DNA of 64,000 bases from Antedon mediterranea (lineage: Eukaryota; Animalia; Echinodermata), in assembly GCF_964355755.1 (NCBI RefSeq), contig NC_092674.1, positions 6,324,001-6,388,000 of the forward strand. Reading direction: 5' to 3'. Position 1 is the stretch's first letter, and the number at the start of each line of letters is the position of its first letter. The notes beneath the pieces were generated by a model. The model was given only the letters and a program-made list of their open reading frames with translations. It was not told the origin of the DNA and did not search any database. Positions 40,501 through 52,500 of the stretch are shown in pieces. Position numbers and translations under genes: made by a program.

Positions 40501-43500
40501 TAAGAAGTTTAAATATACCGCTTTATCTGCGAGAGCGTCTGTAATAGTTTCTTTGATTATATTGAACCATTCATTATAAACTTCTAAATTGAAACACAAA
40601 ATCATTTATTATTGCAATATGGATTTGAGTAATATTATATTTTAAAAAGTTTAAATATACCGCTTTATCTGCGAGAGCGTCTGTAATAGTTTCTTTGATT
40701 ATATTGAACCACTCATTAGTTTCTTCTGGAGAGTCCAAGGTGAACCTGAAATGAATAATAATGAAATTAAATAAATAAATAAATATATGATCAAAGTTAA
40801 AATTTCCCACACCCTCCTCTGCACTGAATTTAACATGATTTCCCATTTTTAGGGGCAGATCCAAGGGTGTGGGGGTATCCAGCCAGCCCAAGCCCAAGCC
40901 CCCACTAAATTTCGCAAATTGTAATGCAAAAGATAGGACACCAAATTAAGCTCAGTCCTTCATTTCACCATTTCAAGGCCCTCCCAATTTCAACATCCAC
41001 TGATTTTAGAGGGGATACAGAACAAATCTATTTGAAGTTTTGACAATCTTAGACTTTTACACCCCTTTCTAAATTTAACAGTCCTCTTGGGAGACTGCTG
41101 GACAGATAAGCTAACATTGGAAGGAAGAAAACCCACATTGTAGTCATTCGATCTTTAACCTCCAAGGATAAAGACCTGCTTAAAGATTGTTCTCAACCAT
41201 TTTCAATGACTTACATGAACGTTCTATAGGGGGTGTGTAGTTGAAGTTTAAGATTGTTCTCAACCATTTTCAATAACTTACATGAACGTTCTATAGGGGG
41301 TGTGTAGTTGAAGTTTAAGATTGTTCTCAACCATTTTCAATGACTTACATGAACGTTCTATAGGGGGTGTGTAGTTGAAGTTTAAGATTGTTCTCAACCA
41401 TTTTCAATGACTTACATAAACGTTCTATAGGGGGTGTGTAGTTGAAGTTTAAGATTGTTCTCAACCATTTTCAATGACTTACATGAACGTTCTATAGGGG
41501 GTGTGTAGTTGAAGTTTAAGATTGTTCTCAACCATCTTCAATGACTTACATGAACGTTCTATAGGGGGTGTGTAGTTGAAGTTTAAGATTGTTCTCAACC
41601 ATTTTCAATGACTTACATGAACGTTCTATAGGGGGTGTGTAGTTGAAGTTTAAGATTGTTCTCAACCATTTTCAATGACTTACATGAACGTTCTATAGGG
41701 GGTGTGTAGTTGAAGTTTAAGATTGTTCTCAACCATTTTCAATGACTTACATGAACGTTCTATAGGGGATGTGTAGTTGAAGTTTAAGATTGTTCTCAAC
41801 CATTTTCAATGACTTACATGAACGTTCTATACGGGGTGTGTAGTTGAAGTTTAAGATTGTTCTCAACCATTTTCAATGACTTACATAAACGTTCTATAGG
41901 GGGTGTGTAGTTGAAGTTTAAGATTGTTCTCAACCATTTTCAATGACTTACATGAACGTTCTATAGGGGGTGTGTAGTTGAAGTTTAAGATTGTTCTCAA
42001 CCATCTTCAATGACTTACATGAACGTTCTATAGGGGGTGTGTAGTTGAAGTTTAAGATTGTTCTCAACCATTTTCAATGACTTACATGAACGTTCTATAG
42101 GGGGTGTGTAGTTGAAGTTTAAGATTGTTCTCAACCATTTTCAATGACTTACATAAACGTTCTATAGGGGGTGTGTAGTTGAAGTTTAAGATTGTTCTCA
42201 ACCATTTTCAATGACTTACATGAACGTTCTATAGGGGGTGTGTAGTTGAAGTTTAAGATTGTTCTCAACCATCTTCAATGACTTACATGAACGTTCTATA
42301 GGGGGTGTGTAGTTGAAGTTTAAGATTGTTCTCAACCATTTTCAATGACTTACATGAACGTTCTACAGGGGGTGTGTAGTTGAAGTTTAAGATTGTTCTC
42401 AACCATTTTCAATGACTTACATGAACGTTCTATAGGGGGTGTGTAGTTGAAGTTTAAGATTGTTCTCAACCATTTTCAATGACTTACATGAACGTTCTAT
42501 AGGGGGTGTGTAGTTGAAGTTTAAGATTGTTCTCAACCATTTTCAATGACTTACATGAACGTTCTATACGGGGTGTGTAGTTGAAGTTTAAGATTGTTCT
42601 CAACCATTTTCAATGACTTACATAAACGTTCTATAGGGGGTGTGTAGTTGAAGTTTAAGATTGTTCTCAACCATTTTCAATGACTTACATGAACGTTCTA
42701 TAGGGGGTGTGTAGTTGAAGTTTAAGATTGTTCTCAACCATCTTCAATGACTTACATGAACGTTCTATAGGGGGTGTGTAGTTGAAGTTTAAGATTGTTC
42801 TCAACCATTTTCAATGACTTACATGAACGTTCTATAGGGGGTGTGTAGTTGAAGTTTAAGATTGTTCTCAACCATTTTCAATGACTTACATGAACGTTCT
42901 ATAGGGGGTGTGTAGTTGAAGTTTAAGATTGTTCTCAACCATTTTCAATGACTTACATGAACGTTCTATAGGGGGTGTGTAGTTGAAGTTTAAGATTGTT
43001 CTCAACCATTTTCAATGACTTACATGAACGTTCTATAGGGGGTGTGTAGTTGAAGTTTAAGATTGTTCTCAACCATTTTCAATGACTTACATAAACGTTC
43101 TATAGGGGGTGTGTAGTTGAAGTTTAAGATTGTTCTCAACCATTTTCAATGACTTACATGAACGTTCTATAGGGGGTGTGTAGTTGAAGTTTAAGATTGT
43201 TCTCAACCATTTTCAATGACTTACATGAACGTTCTATAGGGGGTGTGTAGTTGAAGTTTATTCTTTGGTAGTTCCCGGCAACTGGACGTATTCATACATA
43301 TATCTGAAATAGGTGTTCCAGCATCAAAATCCTAAAATAAAAATAATAAATTCATAAACAAAGTAAAATATAAACTTTATCGTCTTTGTTGTTTTGATCA
43401 TTTTTTATATTATTATATATTTATTTATATATAATTATGTTTATAAGTCTTACCGGTTTGTTTTTGTAGTAACAAAATCGACCACTTTTTGCTGCGACGT

Positions 43501-46500
43501 ACAAACGACATTCATCAATTTTCATATACCCCTATATTTAAATTAAATAAAGATTTTATTTCAAATAAACATGCAATTCTTTCTTAAATTTATATTTATA
43601 ATTAAGGAAGAACAGGTTGAACAGTAAGCAACAATATCAAAATAATAATTGTTCTACTGCAGTTACTGCAGCAATTAAATTTTTAATTTTTGGGTCATAT
43701 ACACTTTTTATTGCAGTCACTGCCTCATATACATCTACAATAAAACCGCAGTTATTGCAGTAAAAATGTATTTACTGCAGTAACTGTATAATAAATAAAC
43801 ATGTTTGTCTCATACAAACATGTTCATTGCATATACAACTCTCTTCTTTAAGATTTATTTTGTAGACAAGTTGTTATGAGAACTTTAATGATGTTGGTAT
43901 ATACAGGAAATGGTCTTACGACTCTAGAATACTCAAGCCAATAAGATAGAACATGATTATAGCATAACATTTTTTATTATAGTCCTAACAAAAATCGAAT
44001 ATAACAAACATCAAAAACAAACTAAAATAATATTTTCCTCCAATTCATTTACCTCTTTGTCAGGATTATTCATCTCTCCACCAATTGGGTATTCATCTTT
44101 AGGATGCTAAAGATAAAAAAACAGATTAGAATAGACATTATTATTTAAATGTTTATGCTATCATCCTTAAGCTCTGTCTACACTATCAAACTTTATGTGA
44201 AAACAAATGTGATGTGCCCATATATGGACATGATGATATCATATACTGCCACATTTGGGCACATCACACTTTTTTTTTCAAACTAGTTAGACAGAGCTTT
44301 ACACTTCGTAGTATGTTCTAGTATTTTCTAGCAATTTTCTGTTGTGGGCCGGGCTGGGCTGGTGTGGGCCGGGTGGTTGTGGGCCGGGCTGGGCTGGTGT
44401 GGGCCGGGTGGTTGTGGGCCGGGCTGGGCTGGTGTGGGCCGGGTGGTTGTGGGCCGGGCTAGGCTGGTGTGGGCCGGGTGGTTGTGGGCCGGGCTGGGCT
44501 GGTGTGGGCCGGGTGGTTGTGGGCCGGGCTGGGCTGGTGTGGGCCGGGTGGTTGTGGGCCGGGCTGGGCTGGTGTGGGCCGGGTGGTTGTGGGCCGGGCT
44601 GGGCTGGTGTGGGCCGGGTGGTTGTGGGCCGGGCTGGGCTGGTGTGGGCCGGGTGTGTTTCAAGTGAGTCTGTGTAGTTATACAGTACAGTAAATTAGGG
44701 CCGGTATCTGTTTCAAGCAAAAAGAAAAAAGGACAAAATGTTAAAAAAGAAATGGTAAATGCCATTTTCCAAATATGTTTAATGTGATATAACATGTTAT
44801 ACTAAATATTTAACCAGTCTTGACCCGATCTTTTTATTTCCATATAGTCTCCCTTTTATTTATTTAAAAAATTTCCTATTCATTATCGTTTCTTTTTAAG
44901 GCTCGCCCAAAACAAGATGTTTTTCTTCATCTTTCAGGGCATCTGCCTTCAAACTCTGACCTTATATCATTATTGTATTGCATTTTATTTTATTATCAGA
45001 GTCTGCAAATAAATATTATGAAACTTGAAAAACTTGAAACTTGTATTACACAGTTTTCTTTGATACAGGACAAATTATACATCTGTACCAAAAATGTGTT
45101 TTTAACTTTTCTGTATACAGTATATCTTTCACATTATGTATGAAAGTATTTTTCTGTATATATGATATAACTTTTCTTTACTTTTAAAGCTTGTAACTGG
45201 ACCAACTGGACCATTATGAAAATCAGTACTACGTTACTGAAAATGCAATCCAGTCAAAAGAAAGAATAAATAAATAAATATTATTTTGCACGAAAATTGA
45301 TCAACAGTTATGCTGAGTTTCTACCTATGTATGGTACTTACCTCCACAATGGCTTTCATCAATGTTAGACTCCAACTAATTAAAACCTCTAATAAAAAAT
45401 AAAAACATATCATTAATACCTTTTAATATAATTATTCGATTTAACAGTGTTTGTATTATCATTCTGACTTTATGTATAAAGTACCGTATATTGTTGGGTA
45501 TACAGTATGCCCACCCACTACTTTATTTTTGATTTCACAAACAGGCATAACCCCAGGTATAGTCCCAGTATTGACTTTAGATCTGGATTTATGCCGCTTT
45601 TTAGCAAGTTCAGATGAGTTTACCAATCATTTTTTCCCTTAACCAGGGTCTCCCAGGGTATAGTCCCATCCCCTAAAATAAGCCCAATTTTGTGTTCTAG
45701 TGTTGTGGGATTATACCAGAGTACATACGGTGATGGTATAAAATAAAAAATATCAAAGTGAATATTTACCCATACTTTCATGAGAAAATACATAAACTCT
45801 GTTAATAGTCCTTAAGGAAAGCGTGTTGTTTTTTAAAGCACTCGTCTACAACAACAAAATCAAGCATGAAATTAATCAATTAATTATGTAAATCTTAATT
45901 ATAAATATAGTCAGCATTCAGTAAACCTCTGTCCACACTATCAAACTAGATTGACAAAAAAAGGGTGATGTCCCAAATATGGTATTGATATGCCCAAATA
46001 TGGTAGTGATATTTGGGCACATCACATTTTTTTGTCACATATTTCTCTCATGTCTCATACAGCGCATAGAGGTTTCATAACATCCAGAATATTATTATTA
46101 TATGGGTGAAATTATTTCTAAATTACTAGAAAATTGCTGAGAACCACCAACTTGAATTTTATTATTAAAATCTATCTACACCATCAAACTAGTTTGACAA
46201 AAAAGTGTAATGTGTCCAAACATGGTAGTGATACGCCCAAATATGGTAGTGATATGACATATATAGGCACATCACATAAAGTTTGATGGTGTAGACAGGG
46301 CTTCAGTTATAGTCAACTAAATAACCACTAACCGCTTGCTGCACGTCTACATCTCTCATTGCACCAACTGGAATAACCTTTTTGCTAAAGGATGTCTGAA
46401 AATAAAGAAGATCAATAAAATTAATCTCAAGGCTATCTCTGACCATTTTCCTTGATCACACTACAATATTAAAAGATTACAAGATAACTTTATTGTCCAA

Positions 46501-49500
46501 CAATTGAAAATTGCTTTTCCCTGCCGAAACCTCATTTTTAACAATGTTAAGACGGTATAGTAAAAACTGAAAATATGGTAAAAATAATGTAAAACAAGAG
46601 GGGATGATCGCCACAGAGCGGCGCTCTCACGATGAGACATAGAACACAGAAGGGCTGTTAAGAAAAAACTATGTAGTTTTGAAAGATACTATTATATAAA
46701 TTTTATCTTTGTGTTTTATATGATCAACCTGTAATTGGTGCATTGCAATGTTGCTTGAAGAATTAATAAAGAAAACAAAAGTTTGCTACTATTACAGTTA
46801 AAAAAGAACAAACAACTGTTATACCTTCTTTTCATTTTCATAGTACCGCAAGGATTTTCCATCGAATTTCACAAATCTTTTCTGAACACCTCTGTTACCT
46901 TGTTTTCTGTAAGAAAAAATGTCATTTAGAGACAGTGACTTTTGAGTATTGAATTTAATATAATTATAGTTTCTTATTATATTCAAAATAAAATTCAATT
47001 TTTTATTTTTAATGATAGTGTAGATTATAACAATGATATGATGAGTTTTATGATAATGATGACATTGTGTAACTACACAATAAAATAATATAGATAATTA
47101 AAACTTACCCTCCTTGTTTTGAAAGAATTCCAGATTTTTCATTGGTCTAAAAAAATCAAATTCAATTTAATTAAAATTAAACAGTACTAAATCTATATAC
47201 AAAAAGAAATGATGACAGTGGTGCATTGGAATGTTCCCACATGGTTGCGGATTATTCAATTATGATACAGGGGTGTTAAAAAGCACTTTTAACTTTCATA
47301 TCTAAAAGCCCTCCATCTGGAGAGCATGGGCTATGGTTTATCCAGGTAAGCCAAGATATAGTCACCAGATTTATCAAAATCAAATTAAACTTAATTATGC
47401 ATAACTGGTATATACATAATTTTTCCGCATAATAGATAGTTAATGGTTTACACATGATTTGGATTTAATATATTAAATTATGAAGATGACCGCACCACTT
47501 ACCAGATTTCAAATAGAAACCAAATTTGATAAGGTAAACAAACACTTGAATACATTACATTTTAAAGTCTTTTGAAGTTATATTGAGAACAAGGATATCT
47601 TTTATTAATTTTGTCTAAATCCTTGTCTACACTATCAAATTTTAAATTTTGTTCTGTATCTTTTTGCTTGCAACAGAAACTGCCCCTAATTTACTGTACC
47701 TTAAGTCTACACTATCAAACTTGATGTGACAAAAACATGTGATGTGCCCATTGACATGGTGATGTCATATCACTACCATATTTAAGCATATCACTTTTTG
47801 GGCACATCACATTTTTTGTCAAACTAGTTTAGACAGAGCTTAATAGTCGTTTGCTTACTGTTGATTTTCCGTCTAGAGTCTCTTGGAAACGTTTCAATGT
47901 TCCTTCCTAGAAGAAAAGAAATGGAAAATATAATAGGATATGTACAACACACACATCCAACCGGCAAGAAAATCACCACTAGAAATGGTTTTGCTGAGAA
48001 AACCGTTCTTTTGAATTTTTTTCAGCAGAAACAGGCCCATAGGTTCTAGAAGAAACACCTGTTATAGGGACTAAGTCTTTCATTTATGTTTTTATTTTTT
48101 TCCACAATATTTTATGGTCCATCCATCATTAGGGACCCTCACAAAAAACAGCACGATGAGACATAAACATGTAACAATAAAAATTAAATTGAAATAAATA
48201 AAATTTATAAAGATAAACAAAATAAAATAAAGGAAAAAAAAATTAGAATAACAAATTAAATGAATGACAGCTTCGTTTACAATAATATAATACTCAATCG
48301 AATTCAAAACAAATTACCAAAGGTGCATGTTGTACCCATTGCTGTATAAACTAAGCATTGTCTACATTATCAAACTTTATGTGACAAAAAAATGTGAACC
48401 CATATATGGACATGACAAATTCATATCACTACCATATTGGGCATATCACTACCATATTTAGGCACATCCCACTAGTTTGATAGTGTAGACAGAGCTTAAA
48501 AAGAATCGTGTGAGAAAGAAAGTGGGTGGATTTTGGCAAAAAGTAGGAGTTCATTCCAAAGAGGGGATGCAATGAAAGGAAAGAAAATGAAATGTTTGTT
48601 GAAAGTTAAATAACAAATGTGTTAAAATAACCATAAAAACCTGACTGATGTATGAAAATTAATTATACAACCCATGATATTATATTATGACCCTTGTTTC
48701 ACCAAAAACTAACACATTAACAATTGATTTTATATATTGATGAAATTTATTAACAATGGTGTTAATATACTAATAAAAAAATTACTGACGTATTGTATAA
48801 TATATTATCCATATCACCCATAATAATAACAACCCTATTTTGGTAAAGATTTACATTATGTTTCTTTAAAAAATTCTTCATATCACTACCATATTTGGGC
48901 ATATCACTACCATATTTGGGCATATCACTACCATATTTGGGCATATCACTACCATATTTGGGCATATCACTACCATATTTATCACTCTTTCTTTCTTAAG
49001 ATACAGTATAATGGTGGTGCTGATGCATTTAATACTTTTTTTCCTTTACTTATATTTATTAAATAAGTGTTTTTATATAACACCTAAATAAATTCCTGTC
49101 ATTTGATTGGATGCACTATTAAACGGCTGTCGCCTTGTTGAAATTCAAATTCAAAAAAACATTTATTTGTTCAACAATGGCATTATACAGTATAATATAT
49201 AGATGTGTACATAAATGAAAACATTAGTAATAAGCCATCATTTGGGGTCTTCTCTAGAAGAAATCAAGTTTCATCATTCACCTCATACCATTATTTGTAC
49301 CATACACTCATAAACATTCAGTATTTGTATAATATTGTTTAGCACAAAGCTATACATCTAGAAATCCCTAAATATTTTTAGACAACAAAGTTTAAGTATA
49401 ATATAGGCTACTTTAAAAATTAAAAACGCTTTGTCGTGGTAAGTTGATTTAATTTACTAAAGTACTAATGCATTTTATCTGAATAAATCTGTATTGGCAT

Positions 49501-52500
49501 TTCAAAGGGAATTTAAAACAGTACACTATAGTTATTTTTAGATTATGGATTCATAATAGAACCCGGAATAGTCACTATTATTTGGTTGTGATTCAAAACA
49601 TATTAGCAGGTTAATTTTCATAAATTATGATTAGGTAAATAAATAATAACTATCTTTTAAAGAAGTTAATAATAAAACAAAATCTGAAATAAAACTGAAA
49701 ACTTGAAGAAAATCAACAGCTCTAATAGCATGCATCACTAAACAATGGTAGTTTCAATTCATCTGTTTTTCTTTTAAACTTTTGTTATAAATACAATTGA
49801 TGTAATCACTACTAGTTAAAATTGGTGATTTCAATTCACAAAATCACGAATACAAAATGGAAATATTTCCTATCAAGTGTAATTGCTAAACAGCTAACAG
49901 TGTACAACAAAGGGGAAAAGTTTCTTGGTACAAGGTGGAACAAACTATGTAAAGAAGAACCATTCACCTCACCAAGAAATAACAAATCCTGTTATGTTGT
50001 CGTCATTGATATTGGCAACCTTTCGTTTACACAACACTGTTGCACAAAGAAGCTATTATGTCTAACAGCCATTCTGAGCATGCTCATTATGTTTAGCATG
50101 CTCTGAATGACTTATTGACCACATAGTATTATAGGGTCTGTCGGGAAAATGAAATGTCACTAACTGTTTTGGAGCAATAAAAAATGTATTATTATTTATA
50201 TATACTGTACACTTATTATTTATTCATTACTTATTATTCCAACACATACACTTCTAAGACTTCTAACAAGACCCAAACTATCGAATGACCTCCCTATAAA
50301 AATAAAACTTCCTGAATCTTTAGTTACTTTTTAGAAGTTACTAAAACACTATATACTTAATAATCTTCACTACTACTAGTGCCAAGCTTTTGCTTCTAAT
50401 GAGGGTTATTACAATGAATTGATTAAAGGTGGAAATAATTATGATAAAACAATAAATAAGTAAACAAAGGGGGAAAACCAGTTGTTGGAATTTTTAAATA
50501 GAACAAGCCAAAGTAATACATAATAATAATACTTTCAGGATATGACATGACATCAATATAAATAAACAAATAATAGTGAACTGTTTATGAACATATTGTG
50601 CACATTTCAAAAAATCCTTGAAAAAAGCTGATGTAGTTTCCTTTAAAAAATAATTAACTATTCTAAAATGATCTTACTAATTTTGATTCAGCGAAATGAA
50701 TTATTTTAGAAACATTTGGTCAAATTTACTGATGGCCCTTAAGCTACATTGGTTTTACCATTTTTCGAATTCAGTGCGAACAAGGCTATATAGATGATTA
50801 AAAACGTTCATCTGGTTTGAAGATACGATATTTTTAAAATCTATTTTGACAAACCAAAATTAAATGAAATGAGCACTGAAACTGTCAGTCAGGTCAGTAA
50901 CTAATTGTGGTTTGTCAAAATAGATTTTTAAAATAAGGCTATTATATAGAGTATTCATGATTCACTTTACATTTTGATTATTAAATCCACTACCAAACTT
51001 TTCAATATGCAAGTTATACAAAATTTACCCAAACCGCTGCTATACAACGAATGATAAAAAATAAAGAAATAATTCTAATTACAGGTTAGAAAAAAAGTGA
51101 ACCAATGTATGAAATGACAAAAGATACCGAAAGTGACATTCGTTAAATGTGACATAAATATAAATGACAATGTTAAAAAAGAACCCAGTGAAACCTAAAC
51201 CAAAGAAAGTCGAATAGTAAAAATGATCAAGTTATAGTGTAGTTCACAGTGAATTTAGAAACGAGTAAAGGAACAGGTTATAAAGACCAGTACAGTAATA
51301 CAAATATCTGTTATAGACCGCACAACAAGTCAACGAATCCAAATGTTTTGGTGTAAATTAGTGTGCATAAACAAAGGAAACAAATGACATCCCGATAGTA
51401 GATGACAAGTTAGTTGAACTTTGAAATAATCACAAACATTCAATTAAAATATAAGACAATGAAGAAAAACAGTGATCACCCGATGACAATGCTTGAAAGC
51501 GACAGAATACGATTACGGTGACATATCTTTTACTCACGTCCATAACTCGGAGGTCTGAACATACTTTGAGGCCTTCTATTGTATTGATAAAATTTTTCAC
51601 TGGCCTAAGGATAGCCTTCATTGACGGAGACTAGAGAAAATAATTCACAATCAATTGTTAGAAAAAAATCTTATCTTTGATCAACATGGGCAAAAAATGG
51701 TCATTGACAAACAGGGTTTATTAAATATTTAAACATTTTATTCAAATATCTATTTCATTTTTTTAGTAAAACTACTATTGGGCCAAAATCTAAAATAAAA
51801 ATAGAGGGCTATAACAAATCACTCATGCATGTAACTATTAAAGCAAACACATTCATCCAAGAAAGAACTTGATTAAGAAAATACTCATTTTTTAGCAAAA
51901 TATTGCCTTTTATTAAATTTTTTTCTTAGCTGATGAAACCTAGATTATCTTAAATTTTGTGACGTTCGGGCAAGAATAGTATTAGTTATAAGCTCAAAAG
52001 GAAGAGTCAAATTTAAATTGAAATAATCAATTGATTTTTATTTTTTACTTTAATTATAAATATTAAAGTTTTGTAGTAATATGATTCTTCTATAAATGTA
52101 CTTAAGGTGAAGACATTTATTTATTGCTTTGGACACTTCCTCCTCCTACTCCATTGGGAAAATCCTGGCACCACCATTGTGGTGGGAATTTCCCTGTGTA
52201 GCATTACAGTACATATCAATTCTGAACAATGGAAGAAGCAAAATTGAAAAGTATATACAGAAGAACTGTAAGTGTATATTTCGTTTAGTATGAGAATATT
52301 ATGAACAAAGGAATATATAAAAAAACAGGAGAAAATATATTTTTTTTAAGGGATATAAATACACGAAATATTAAGAATGAAAAGAAATCAGTTTCTGTTT
52401 TTAAGAAAGATTTAAGTGAAATGTATGAAATGCTGTATAATAAAGAATAGCATATGAACAGAGAATGATGAAGACAATATATTCTGTATGAAGAATGTAA

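Noticed and set aside
41184-43260. CRISPR-like appearance of the regular arrays (also 25738-26122)
   Set aside because: No unique spacers, no cas genes, eukaryotic intron context; these are plain tandem repeats.
44328-44795. Pro/His- or Gly/Trp-rich ORFs (also 6687-7047, 48762-48965, 53802-54113)
   Set aside because: Stop-free minisatellite translations with no splice or domain support.
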